NCBI GenBank assembly: GCA_964016885.1
Contig: OZ024740.1
Span: 401,326,001-401,390,000, forward strand
Reading direction: 5' to 3'
Source of the DNA: Eledone cirrhosa
Taxonomy: Eukaryota
Length of the DNA stretch: 64,000 bases
In this document: piece after piece, positions 14,801 to 29,600 of the stretch
How the letters are laid out: every line of letters starts with the position of its first letter
Position numbering within the stretch: the stretch's first letter is position 1
Notes under the pieces: model-generated
Databases searched by the model: none
What the model saw: the letters and a program-made list of their open reading frames with translations, nothing else
Told to the model about the DNA's origin: nothing
Made by a program: the position numbers and the translations under genes

Positions 14801-17320
14801 ATCAGTACAACATAGAACACTATGTAGAATCAGCACAACATAGAAAACTATGTAGAATCAATACAACATAGAACACTATGTAGAATCAGTACAACATAGA
14901 ACACTATGTAGAATCAGTACAGTATAGAACACTATGGAGAATCAGTACAACATAGAACACTATGTAGAATCAGTACAGTATAAACTATTATGCAGAGTCA
15001 GTGCAGTATAGAACACTATGTAGAATCAGTAGAGTATAGAACACTATGTAGAATCAGTACAGTATAGAACACTATGTAGAATATGTGCATCATAGAACAC
15101 TATGTAGAATCAGTAGAGTAGAGAACACTATGTCGAATCAGTACAGTATAGAACACTATGTAGAATCAGTACAGTATAGACTACTATGCAGAATCAGTAC
15201 AGTATAGAACACTATGTAGAATCAGTACAACATAGAACACTATGTAGAATTAGTACAGTATAGAACACTATGTAGATTCAGTACAACATAGAACACTATG
15301 TAGAAACAGTACAGTATAGAACACTATGTAGAATCAGTACAACATAGAACACTATGAAGAATCAGTACAGTATAAACTATTATGCAGAATCAGTACAGTA
15401 TAGAACACTATGCAGAATCAGTGCAGTATAGAACACTATGTAGAATCAGTACAACATAGAACACTATATAGAATCAATACAACACAGAACACTATGTAGA
15501 ATCAGTACAGTATAGACTACTATGCAGAATCAGTACAGTATAGAACACTATGCAGAATCAGTGCAGTATAGAACACTATGTAGAATCAGTACAACATAGA
15601 ACACTATATAGAATCAATACAACACAGAACACTATGTAGAATCCGCACAACATAGAACACTATGTAGAATCAGTGCAGTATAGAACACTATGTAGAATCA
15701 GTACAGCATAGAACACTATGTAGAATCAGTACAGTATAGAACATCATGTAGAATCAGTACAGTATAGAACACTATTTAGAATCAGTACACTATAGAACAC
15801 TATGTAAAATCAGTACAACATAGAACACTATGTAGAATCAGTACAACATAGAACACTATGTAGAGTCACTACAGTATAGAACACTATGTAGAATCAGTAC
15901 AGTATAGAACACTATGTAGAATCAGTACAACATAGAACATTATGTATAATCAGTACATCATAGTACACTATGTAGAATCAATACAGTATAGAACACTATG
16001 TAGAATCAGTACAACATAGAATACTATGTAGAATCAGCACAGCATAGAACACTATGTAGAATCAGTACAGTAGAGAACACTATGTAGAATCAGTACAGTA
16101 TAGAACACTATGTAGAATCAGTACAGTATTGACTACTATGCAGAATCAGTACAGTATAGAACACTATGTATAATCAGTACAGTATAGAACAGTATGTAGA
16201 ATCAGTACAACATAGAACACTATGTATAATCAGTACAACATAGAACACTATGTAGAATTAGTACAGTATAGAACACTATGTAGATTCAGTACAACATAGA
16301 ACACTATGTAGAATCAGTACAGCATAGAACACTATGTAGAACCAGCACAGCATAGAACACTATGTAGATTCAGTACAACATAGAACACTATGTAGAATTA
16401 GTACAGTATAGAACACTATGTAGGATCAGTACAGTATAGAACACTATGTAGAATCAGTACATCATAGAACACTATGTAGAATCAGTACAGTATAGAATAC
16501 TATGTAGAATCAGTACAGTATAGAACACTATGTAGAATCAGTACAGTAGAGAGCACTATGTAGAATCAGTACAGTATAGAACACTATGTATAATCAGTAC
16601 AGTATAGAACACTATGTAGAATCAGTACAGTAGAGAGCACTATGTAGAATCAGTACAGCATAGAACACTATGTAGATTCAGTACAGTATAGAACACTATG
16701 TAGAATCAGTACAACATAGAACACTATGTAGATTCAGTACAGTATAGAACACTATGTAGAATCAGTACAACATAGAACGTTATGCAGAATCAGTACAGTA
16801 TAGAACACTATGTAGAATCAGTACAACATAGAACACTATGTAGAATCAGTACAGTATAGAACACTATGTAGAATCAGTACAGTATAGAACACTATGCAGG
16901 ATCAGAACACTATAGAACACTATGTAAAATCACTACACCATAGAACACTATGTAAAATCAGTACAGTATAGAGCACTATGTAGAATCAGTACAACATAGA
17001 ACACTATGTAGAATCAGCACAACATAGAACACTATGTAGAATCAATACAACATAGAACACTATGTAGAATCAGTACAGTAGAGAGCACTATGTAGAATCA
17101 GTACAACATAGAACACTATGTAGAATCAGCACAACATAGAAAACTATGTAGAATCAATACAACATAGAACACTATGTAGAATCAGTACAACATAGAACAC
17201 TATGTAGAATCAGTACAGTATAGAACACTATGGAGAATCAGTACAACATAGAACACTATGTAGAATCAGTACAGTATAAACTATTATGCAGAATCAGTGC
17301 AGTATAGAACACTATGTAGA
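11830..17320. repeat. Block of about 5.5 kb also present at about 23620-28880 (offset 11786) and about 31065-36040, with whole-monomer indels between copies
   Basis: CATCATG at 11908, 23694 and 31140; rare GGCC at 14787, 26377 and 33991; 1-bp deletion CAGTAATCATAG near 14080, 25810 and 33284. Confidence 0.9.
13660..17310. repeat. Older internal duplication: about 13660-15010 versus about 16050-17310 (initial offset 2379 = 85 monomers minus 1 bp)
   Basis: TTGACTACT at 13750 and 16129, followed by the same order of variants (GAACGTTATGC, GCAGGATCAGAACAC, ATCACTACACC, GAAAACTATG, ATGGAGAATC, TATAAACTATT). Several substitutions separate the copies. Confidence 0.8.
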
Positions 17321-20300
17321 ATCAGTACATTATAGACTACTATGCAGAATCAGTACAGTATAGAACACTATGTAGAATCAGTTCAACATAGAACACTATG
17401 TATAATTAGTAAAACACAGAACACTATGTAGAATCAGTACAGTATAGAACACTATGTAGAATATGTGCATCATAGAACACTATGTAGAATCAGTAGAGTA
17501 GAGAACACTATGTCGAATCAGTACAGTATAGAACACTATGTAGAATCAGTACAGTATAGACTACTATGCAGAATCAGTACAGTATAGAACACTATGTAGA
17601 ATCAGTACAACATAGAACACTATGTAGAATTAGTACAGTATAGAACACTATGTAGATTCAGTACAACATAGAACACTATGTAGAAACAGTACAACATAGA
17701 ACACTATGTAGAATCAGCACAGCATAGAACACTATGTAGATTCAGAACAACATAGAACACAATGTAGAATCAGTCGAACATAGAGCACTATGTAGAATCA
17801 GTACAGTATAGAACACTATGTAGAATCAGTACAGTATAGAACACTATGCAGGATCAGAACACTATAGAACACTATGTAAAATCACTACACCATAGAACAC
17901 TATGTAGAATCAGTACAGTATAGAGCACTATGTAGAAACAGTACAGTACAGAGCACTATGTAGAATCAGTACAACATAGAACACTATGTAGAATCAGCAC
18001 AACATAGAACACTATGTAGAATCAATACAACATAGAACACTATGTAGAATCAGTACAGTAGAGAGCACTATGTAGAATCAGTACAATATAGAACACTATG
18101 TAGAATCAGTACAACATAGAACACTATGTAGAATCAGTACAGTATAGAACACTATGTAGAATCGGTACAACATAGAACACTATGTAGAATCAGTACAGTA
18201 TAAACTATTATGCAGAATCAGTGCAGTATAGAACACTATGTAGAATCAGAACAACATAGAACACTACGTAGAATCAGTACAATATAGAACACTATGTAGA
18301 ATCAGTACAGTATAGACTACTATGCAGAATCAGTACAGTATAGAACACTATGCAGAATCAGTGCAGTATAGAACACTATGTAGAATCAGTACAACATAGA
18401 ACACTATATAGAATCAATACAACACAGAACACTATGTAGAATCCGCACAACATAGAACACTATGTAGAATCAGTACAGTATAGAAAACTATGTAGAATCA
18501 GTACAGCATAGAACACTATGTAGAATCAGTACAGTATAGAACATCATGTAGAATCAGTACAGTATAGAACACTATTTAGAATCAGTACACTATAGAACAC
18601 TATGTAGAATCAGTACAACATAGAACACTATGTAGAGTCACTACAGTATAGAGCACTATGTAGAATCAGTACAGTATAGAACACTATGTAGAATCAGTAC
18701 AACTTAGAACATTATGTATAATCAGTACATCATAGTACACTATGTAGAATCAGTACAGTATAGAACACTATGTAGAATCAGTACAGTATAGAACACTATG
18801 TAGAATCAGTACAGTATGGAACACTATGTAGAATCAGTACAGTATAGAACACTATGTAGAATATGTGCATCATAGAACACTATGTAGAATCAGTACAGTA
18901 GAGAACACTATGTAGAATCAGTACATTAGAGAACACTATGTAGAATCAGTACATTATAGACTACTATGCAGAATCAGTACAGTATAGAACACTATGTAGA
19001 ATCAGTACAACATAGAACACTATGTAGAGTCACTACAGTATAGAGCACTATGTAGATTCAGTACAACATAGAACGCTATGTAGAATCAGTACAGTATATA
19101 ACACTATGTAGAATCAGTACAGTAGAGAGCACTATGTAGAATCAGTACAGCATAGAACACTATGTAGATTCAGTACAGTATAGAACACTATGTAGAATCA
19201 GTACAACATAGAACACTATGTAGATTCAGTACAGTATAGAACACTATGTAGAATCAGTACAACATAGAACGTTATGCAGAATCAGTACAGTATAGAACAC
19301 TATGTAGAATCAGTACAACATAGAACACTATGTAGAATCAGTACAGTATAGAACACTATGTAGAATCAGTACAGTATAGAACACTATGCAGGATCAGAAC
19401 ACTATAGAACACTATGTAAAATCACTACACCATAGAACACTATGTAAAATCAGTACAGTATAGAGCACTATGTAGAATCAGTACAACATAGAACACTATG
19501 TAGAATCAGCACAACATAGAACACTATGTAAAATCAATACAACATAGAACACTATGTAGAATCAGTACAGTAGAGAGCACTATGTAGAATCAGTACAACA
19601 TAGAACACTATGTAGAATCAGCACAACATAGAAAACTATGTAGAATCAATACAACATAGAACACTATGTAGAATCAGTACAACATAGAACACTATGTAGA
19701 ATCAGTACAGTATAGAACACTATGGAGAATCAGTACAACATAGAACACTATGTAGAATCAGTACAGTATAAACTATTACGCAGAATCAGTGCAGTATAGA
19801 ACACTATGTAGAATCAGTACAGTATAGAACACTATGTAGAATCAGTACATCATAGAACACTATGTAGAATCAGTACAGTATAGAACACCATGTAGAATCA
19901 GTAGAGTATAGAACACTATGTAGAATCAGTACAGTATAGAACACTATGTAGAATATGTGCATCATAGAACACTATGTAGAATCAGTAGAGTAGAGAACAC
20001 TATGTCGAATCAGTACAGTATAGAACACTATGTAGAATCAGTACAGTATAGACTACTATGCAGAATCAGTACAGTATAGAACACTATGTAGAATCAGTAC
20101 AACATAGAACACTATGTAGAATTAGTACAGTATAGAACACTATGTAGATTCAGTACAACATAGAACACTATGTAGAAACAGTACAACATAGAACACTATG
20201 TAGAATCAGAACAGCATAGAACACTATGTAGATTCAGAACAACATAGAACACTATGTAGAATCAGTCGAACATAGAGCACTATGTAGAATCAGTACAGTA

Positions 20301-21399
20301 TAGAACACTATGTAGAATCAGTACAGTACAGAGCACTATGTAGAATCAGTACAACATAGAACACTATGTAGAATCAGCACAACATAGAACACTATGTAGA
20401 ATCAATACAACATAGAACACTATGTAGAATCAGTACAGTAGAGAGCACTATGTAGAATCAGTACAATATAGAACACTATGTAGAATCAGTACAACATATA
20501 ACACTATGTAGAATCAGTACAGTATAGAACACTATGTAGAATCAGTACAACATAGAACACTATGTAGAATCAGTACAGTATAAACTATTATGCAGAATCA
20601 GTGCAGTATAGAACACTATGTAGAATCAGAACAACATAGAACACTATGTAGAATCAGTACAACATAGAACACTATGTAGAATCAGTACAGTATAGACTAC
20701 TATGCAGAATCAGTACAGTATAGAACACTATGCAGAATCAGTGCAGTATAGAACACTATGTAGAATCAGTACAACATAGAACACTATATAGAATCAATAC
20801 TACACAGAACACTATGTAGAATCCGCACAACATAGAACACTATGTAGAATCAGTACAGTATAGAACACTATGTAGAATCAGTACTGCAAAGAACACTATG
20901 TAGAATCAGTACAGTATAGAACATCATGTAGAATCAGTACAGTATAGAACACTATTTAGAATCAGTACACTATAGAACACTATGTAAAATTATTACAACA
21001 TAGAACACTATGTAGAATCAGTACAACATAGAACACTATGTAGAGTCACTACAGTATAGAACACTATGTAGAATCAGTACAGTATAGAGCACTATGTAGA
21101 ATCAGTACAACATAGAACATTATGTAGAATCAGTACATCATAGTACACTATGTAGAATCAGTACAGTATAGAACACTATGTAGAATCAGTACAGTATAGA
21201 ACACTATGTAGAATCAGTACAGTATGGAACACTATGTAGAATCAGTACAGTATAGAACACTATGTAGAATATGTGCATCATAGAACACTATGTAGAATCA
21301 GTACAGTAGAGAACACTATGTAGAATCAGTACATTAGAGAACACTATGTAGAATCAGTACAGTATAGACTACTATGCAGAATCAGTACAGTATAGAACA

Positions 21400-23610
21400 C
21401 TATGTAGAATCAGTACAACATAGAACACTATGTAGAGTCACTACAGTATAGAGCACTATGTAGATTCAGTACAACATAGAACGCTATGTAGAATCAGTAC
21501 AACATAGAACACTATGTAGAATCAGCACAGGATAGAACACTATGTAGTATCAATACAACATAGAGCACTATGTAGAATTAGTACAGTATAGAACACTATG
21601 TAGAATCAGTACAGTATAGAACACTATGTAGAATCAGTACATCATAGAACACTATGTAGAATCAGTACAGTATAGAATACTATGTAGAATCAGTGCAGTA
21701 TATAACACTATGTAGAATCAGTACAGTATAGAACACTATGTAGAATCAGTACAACATAGAACACTATGTAGATTCAGTACAGTATAGAACACTCTATAGA
21801 ATCAGTACAGCATAGAACATTATGCAGAATCAGTACAGTATAGGACACTATGTAGAATCAGTACAGTATAGAACACTATGTAGAATCAGAACACTATAGA
21901 ACACTATATAGAATCAGTACAGTATAGAACACTATGTAGAATCAGTACAGTATAGAACACTATGTAGGATCAGAACACTATAGAACACTATGTAAAATCA
22001 GTACAACATAGAACACTATGTAGAATCAATACAACATAGAACACTATGTAGAATCAGTACAGTAGAGAGCACTATGTCGAATCAGTACATCATAGAACAC
22101 TATGCAGAATCAGTACAACATAGACCACTATGTAGAATCAGTACTGTATAGAACACTATGTAGTATCAGTACAACATAGAACACTATGTAGAATCAGTAC
22201 AGTATAGAACACTATGTAGATTCAGTACAGTATAGAACACTATGTAGAATCAGTACAGTATAGAACACTATGTAGAATCAGTACAGTATAGAACACTATG
22301 TACAATCAGTACAACATAGAACATTATGTAGAAAAAGTAGATCATAGAAGACTATGTCGAATCAGTACAGTAGAGAGCACTATGTAGAATCAGTACAACA
22401 TAGAACACTATGTAGAATCAGTACAACATAGAACACTATGTAGAATCAGTACAACATAGAACACTATGTAGAATCAGTACAACATAGAACAATATGTAGA
22501 ATCAGTACAACATAGAACACCATGTAGAATCAACTCAACATAGAACATTACGTAGAATCAGTGCAACATAGAACACTATCTAGAATCAGTACAGTAGAGA
22601 ACACTATGTAGAATCAGTACAATATAGAACGCTATGTAGAGTCAGTACAACATAGAACACTATGTAGAATCAGTACAACATAGAACAATATGTAGAATCA
22701 GTACTACATAGAATACCATGTAGAATCAACTCAACGTAGAACATTACGTAGAATCAGTACAACATAGAACACTATGTAGAATCAGTACAGTATAGAACAC
22801 TATGTAGAATCAGTACAGTATAGAACACTATGTAGAATCAGTACAATATATAACACTATGTAGAATCAACTCAACATAGAACACTATGTAGAGTCACTAC
22901 AGTATAGAGCACTATGTAGATTCAGTACAACATAGAACGCTATGTAGAATCAGTACAACATAGAACACTATGTAGAATCAGCACAGGATAGAACACTATG
23001 TAGTATCAATACAACATAGAGCACTATGTAGAATTAGTACAGTATAGAACACTATGTAGAATCAGTACAGTATAGAACACTATGTAGAATCAGTACATCA
23101 TAGAACACTATGTAGAATCAGTACAGTATAGAATACTATGTAGAATCAGTACAGTATATAACACTATGTAGAATCAGTACAGTATAGAACACTATGTAGA
23201 ATCAGTACAACATAGAACACTATGTAGATTCAGTACAGTATAGAACACTATGTAGAATCAGTACAGCATAGAACATTATGCAGAATCAGTACAGTATAGG
23301 ACACTATGTAGAATCAGTACAGTATAGAACACTATGTAGAATCAGTACAGTATAGAACACTATGAAGAATCAGAACACTATAGAACACTATATAGAATCA
23401 GTACAGTATAGAACACTATGTATAATCAGTACAGTATAGAACACTATGTAGGATCAGAACACTATAGAACACTATGTAAAATCAGTACAACATAGAACAC
23501 TATGTAGAATCAATACAACATAGAACACTATGTAGAATCAGTACAGTAGAGAGCACTATCTCGAATCAGTTCAACATAGAACACTATGCAGAATCAGTAC
23601 AACATAGAAC
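21400..23610. repeat. Partial duplication of about 0.7 kb at offset 1456 (52 monomers)
   Basis: CACAGGATAG at 21526 and 22982 with shared flanking variants (GAACGCTATG, GTAGTATCAAT, TATAGGACAC). The same 1456 spacing recurs at 49742/51198 and 59263/60719. Confidence 0.85.
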
Positions 23611-26600
23611 ACTATGTAGAATCAGTACAGTATAGAACACTATGTAGAATCAGTACAGCATAGAACACTATGTAGAATCAGTACAGTATAGAACATCATG
23701 TAGAATCAGTACAGTATAGAACACTATTTAGAATCAGTACACTATAGAACACAATGTAAAATCAGTACAACATAGAACACTATGTAGAATCAGTACAACA
23801 TAGAACACTATGTAGAGTCACTACAGTATAGAACACTATGTAGAATCAGTACATTATAGAACACTATGTAGAATCAGTACAACATAGAACATTATGTATA
23901 ATCAGTACATCATAGTACACTATGTAGAATCAGTACAGTATAGAACACTATGTAGAATCAGTACAACATAGAACATTATGTAGAATAAGTACAGTATAGA
24001 ACACTATGTAGGATCAGTACAGTATAGACTATTATGCAGAATCAGTGCAGTATAAGACACTATGTAGAATCAGTACAACATAGAACACTATGTAGATTCA
24101 GTACAATATAGAACACTGTGTATAATCAGTATAATATAGAACACTATGTAGAATCAGTACAACATAGAACACTATGTATAATCAGTACAGCATAGAACAA
24201 TATGTAGAATCACTAAAACATTGAACACTATGTAGAATCAACACAACATAGAACACTATGTAGAATCAGTACAACTTAGAACACTATGTAGAATCAGTAC
24301 AACATAGAATACTATGTAGAATCAGCACAGCATAGAACACCATGTAGAATCAATACAACATAGAGCACTATGTAGAATTAGTACCGTATAGAATACTATG
24401 TAGAATAAGTACAGTAGAGAGCACTATGTAGAACCAGTACAACATAGAACACTATGGAGAGTCAGTACTGCATAGAACACTATGTAGAATCAGTACAGTA
24501 TATAACACTATGTATAATCAGTACTGTATAGAACATTATGTAGAATCAGTAAAACATAGAACACTACGTAGAATCAGTACAACATAGAACACTATGTAGA
24601 TTCAGTACAGTATAGAACACTATGTAGAATCAATACAACATAGAACATTATATAGAAAAAGTAGATCATAGAAGACTATGTAGAATCAGTACAGTAGAGA
24701 GCACTATGTCGAATCAGTACAACATAGAACACCATGCAGAATTAGTACAGTATAGAACACTATGTAGAATCAGTACAGTATAGAACCCTATGTAGAATCA
24801 GTACAGTATAGAACACTAAGTAGAATCAGTACAATATAGAACACTATGTAGAGTCAGTAAGTATAGAACACTATGTAGAATCAGTACAGTATAGAACACT
24901 ATTTAGAATCAGTACACTATAGAACATTATGTAAAATCAGTACAACATAGAACACTATGTAGAATCAGTACAGTATAGAACACTATGTAGAATCAGTAAA
25001 ACATAGAACACTATGTAGAATCAGTACAGTATATACTACTATGCAGAATCAGTACAGTATAGAACACTATGTAGAATCAGTACAACATAGAACACTATGT
25101 AGATTCAGTACAACATAGAACACTATGTAGTATCAGTACAGTATAGAACACTATATAGAATCAGTACAGTATAGAACACTATGTAGAATCAGTACAACAC
25201 AGAAGATTATGCAGAATCAGTACAGTATAGAACACTATGTAGAATCAGTACATCATAGAACACTATGTAGAATCAGTACAGTATAGAACACTATGTAGAA
25301 TCAGTACAGTATAGAACACTATGTAGAATCAGTACATCATAGAACACTATGTAGAATCAGTACAGTATAGAACACTATGTAGAATCAGTAGAGTATAGAA
25401 CACTATGTAGAATCAGTACAGTATAGAACACTATGTAGAATATGTGCATCATAGAACACTATGTAGTATCAGTACAGTAGAGAACACTATGTAGAATCAG
25501 TACAGTATAGAACACTATGTAGAATCAGTACAGTATTGACTACTATGCAGAATCAGTACAGTATAGAACACTATGTATAATCAGTACAGTATAGAACACT
25601 ATGTAGAATCAGTACAACATAGAACACTATGTAGAATCAGTACAACATAGAACACTATGTAGAATTAGTACAGTATAGAACACTATGTAGATTCAGTACA
25701 ACATAGAACACTATGTAGATTCAGTACAACATAGAACACTATGTAGAATTAGTACAGTATAGAACACTATGTAGGATCAGTACAGTAGTGAACACTATGT
25801 AGAATCAGTAATCATAGAACACTATGTAGAATCAGTACAGTATAGAATACTATGTAGAATCAGTACAGTATAGTACACTATGTAGAATCAGTACAGTAGA
25901 GAGCACTATGTAGAATCAGTACAGTATAGAACACTATGTATAATCAGTACAGTATAGAACACTATGTAGAATCAGTACAGTAGAGAGCACTATGTAGAAT
26001 CAGTACAGTATAGAATACTATGTAGAATCAGTACAGTATATAACACTATGTAGAATCAGTACAACATAGAACGTTATGCAGAATCAGTACAGTATAGAAC
26101 ACTATGTAGAATCAGTACAACATAGAACACTATGTAGAATCAGTACAGTATAGAACACTATGTAGAATCAGTACAGTATAGAACACTATGCAGTATCAGA
26201 ACACTATAGAACACTATGTAAAATCACTACACCATAGAACACTATGTAAAATCAGTACAGTATAGAGCACTATGTAGAATCAGTACAACATAGAACACTA
26301 TGTAGAATCAGCACAACATAGAACACTATGTAGAATCAATACAACATAGAACACTATGTAGAATCAGTACAGTAGAGGCCACTATGTAGAATCAGTACAA
26401 CATAGAACACTATGTAGAATCAGCACAACATAGAAAACTATGTAGAATCAATACAACATAGAACACTATGTAGAATCAGTACAACATAGAACACTATGTA
26501 GAATCAGTACAGTATAGAACACTATGGAGAATCAGTACAACATAGAACACTATGTAGAATCAGTACAGTATAAACTATTATGCAGAATCAGTGCAGTATA

Positions 26601-29600
26601 GAACACTATTTAGAATCAGTACAGTATAGAACACTATGTAGAATCAGTACATCATAGAACACTATGTAGAATCAGTACAGTATAGAACACTATGTAGAAT
26701 CAGTAGAGTATAGAACACTATGTAGAATCAGTACAGTATAGAACACTATGTAGAATATGTGCATCATAGAACACTATGTAGAATCAGTAGAGTAGAGAAC
26801 ACTATGTCGAATCAGTACAGTATAGAACACTATGTAGAATCAGTACAGTATAGACTATTATGCAGAATCAGTACAGTATAGAACACTATGTAGAATCAGT
26901 ACAACATAGAACACTATGTAGAATTAGTACAGTATAGAACACTATGTAGATTCAGTACAACATAGAACACTATGTAGAAACAGTACAGTATAGAACACTA
27001 TGTAGAATCAGTACAACATAGAACACTATGAAGAATCAGTACAGTATAAACTATTATGCAGAATCAGTACAGTATAGAACACTATGCAGAATCAGTGCAG
27101 TATAGAACACTATGTAGAATCAGTACAACATAGAACACTATATAGAATCAATACAACACAGAACACTATGTAGAATCAGTACAGTATAGACTACTATGCA
27201 GAATCAGTACAGTATAGAACACTATGCAGAATCAGTGCAGTATAGAACACTATGTAGAATCAGTACAGCATAGAACACTATGTAGAATCAGTACAGTATA
27301 GAGCATCATGTAGAATCAGTACAGTATAGAACACTATTTAGAATCAGTACACTATAGAACACTATGTAAAATCAGTACAACATAGAACACTATGTAGAAT
27401 CAGTACAACATAGAACACTATGTAGAGTCACTACAGTATAGAACACTATGTAGAATCAGTACAGTATAGAACACTATGTAGAATCAGTACAACATAGAAC
27501 ATTATGTATAATCAGTACATCATAGTACACTATGTAGAATCAATACAGTATAGAACACTATGTAGAATCAGTACAACAGAGAATACTATGTAGAATCAGC
27601 ACAGCATAGAACACTATGTAGAATCAGTACAGTAGAGAACACTATGTAGAATCAGTACAGTATAGAACACTATGTAGAATCAGTACAGTATTGACTACTA
27701 TGCAGAATCAGTACAGTATAGAACACTATGTATAATCAGTACAGTATAGAACACTATGTAGAATCAGTACAACATAGAACACTATGTATAATCAGTACAA
27801 CATAGAACACTATGTAGAATTAGTACAGTATAGAACACTATGTAGATTCAGTACAACATAGAACACTATGTAGAATCAGTACAGCATAGAACACTATGTA
27901 GAACCAGCACAGCATAGAACACTATGTAGATTCAGTACAACATAGAACACTATGTAGAATTAGTACAGTATAGAACACTATGTAGGATCAGTACATTATA
28001 GAACACTATGTAGAATCAGTACATCATAGAACACTATGTAGAATCAGTACAGTATAGAATACTATGTAGAATCAGTACAGTATAGAACACTATGTAGAAT
28101 CAGTACAGTAGAGAGCACTATGTAGAATCAGTACAGTATAGAACACTATGTATAATTAGTACAGTATAGAACACTATGTAGAATCAGTACAGTAGAGAGC
28201 ACTATGTAGAATCAGTACAGCATAGAACACTATGTAGATTCAGTACAGTATAGAACACTATGTAGAATCAGTACAACATAGAACACTATGTAGATTCAGT
28301 ACAGTATAGAACACTATGTAGAATCAGTACAACATAGAACGTTATGCAGAATCAGTACAGTATAGAACACTATGTAGAATCAGTACAACATAGAACACTA
28401 TGTAGAATCAGTACAGTATAGAACACTATGTAGAATCAGTACAGTATAGAACACTATGCAGGATCAGAACACTATAGAACACTATGTAAAATCACTACAC
28501 CATAGAACACTATGTAAAATCAGTACAGTATAGAGCACTATGTAGAATCAGTACAACATAGAACACTATGTAGAATCAGCACAACATAGAACACTATGTA
28601 GAATCAATACAACATAGAACACTATGTAGAATCAGTACAGTAGAGAGCACTATGTAGAATCAGTACAACATAGAACACTATGTAGAATCAGCACAACATA
28701 GAAAACTATGTAGAATCAATACAACATAGAACACTATGTAGAATCAGTACAACATAGAACACTATGTAGAATCAGTACAGTATAGAACACTATGGAGAAT
28801 CAGTACAACATAGAACACTATGTAGAATCAGTACAGTATAAACTATTATGCAGAATCAGTGCAGTATAGAACACTATGTAGAATCAGTACAGTATAGAAC
28901 ACTATGTAGAATCAGTACATCATAGAACACTATGTAGAATCAGTACAGTATAGAACACCATGTAGAATCAGTAGAGTATAGAACACTATGTAGAATCAGT
29001 ACAGTATAGAACACTATGTAGAATATGTGCATCATAGAACACTATGTAGAATCAGTAGAGTAGAGAACACTATGTCGAATCAGTACAGTATAGAACACTA
29101 TGTAGAATCAGTACAGTATAGACTACTATGCAGAATCAGTACAGTATAGAACACTATGTAGAATCAGTACAACATAGAACACTATGTAGAATTAGTACAG
29201 TATAGAACACTATGTAGATTCAGTACAACATAGAACACTATGTAGAAACAGTACAACATAGAACACTATGTAGAATCAGCACAGCATAGAACACTATGTA
29301 GATTCAGAACAACATAGAACACTATGTAGAATCAGTCGAACATAGAGCACTATGTAGAATCAGTACAGTATAGAACACTATGTAGAATCAGTACAGTATA
29401 GAAAACTATGCAGGATCAGAACACTATAGAACACTATGTAAAATCAGTACAACATAGAACACTATGTAGAATCAATACAACATAGAACACTATGTAGAAT
29501 CAGTACAGTAGAGAGCACTATGTCGAATCAGTACATCATAGAACACTATGCAGAATCAGTACAACATAGACCACTATGTAGAATCAGTACTGTATAGAAC

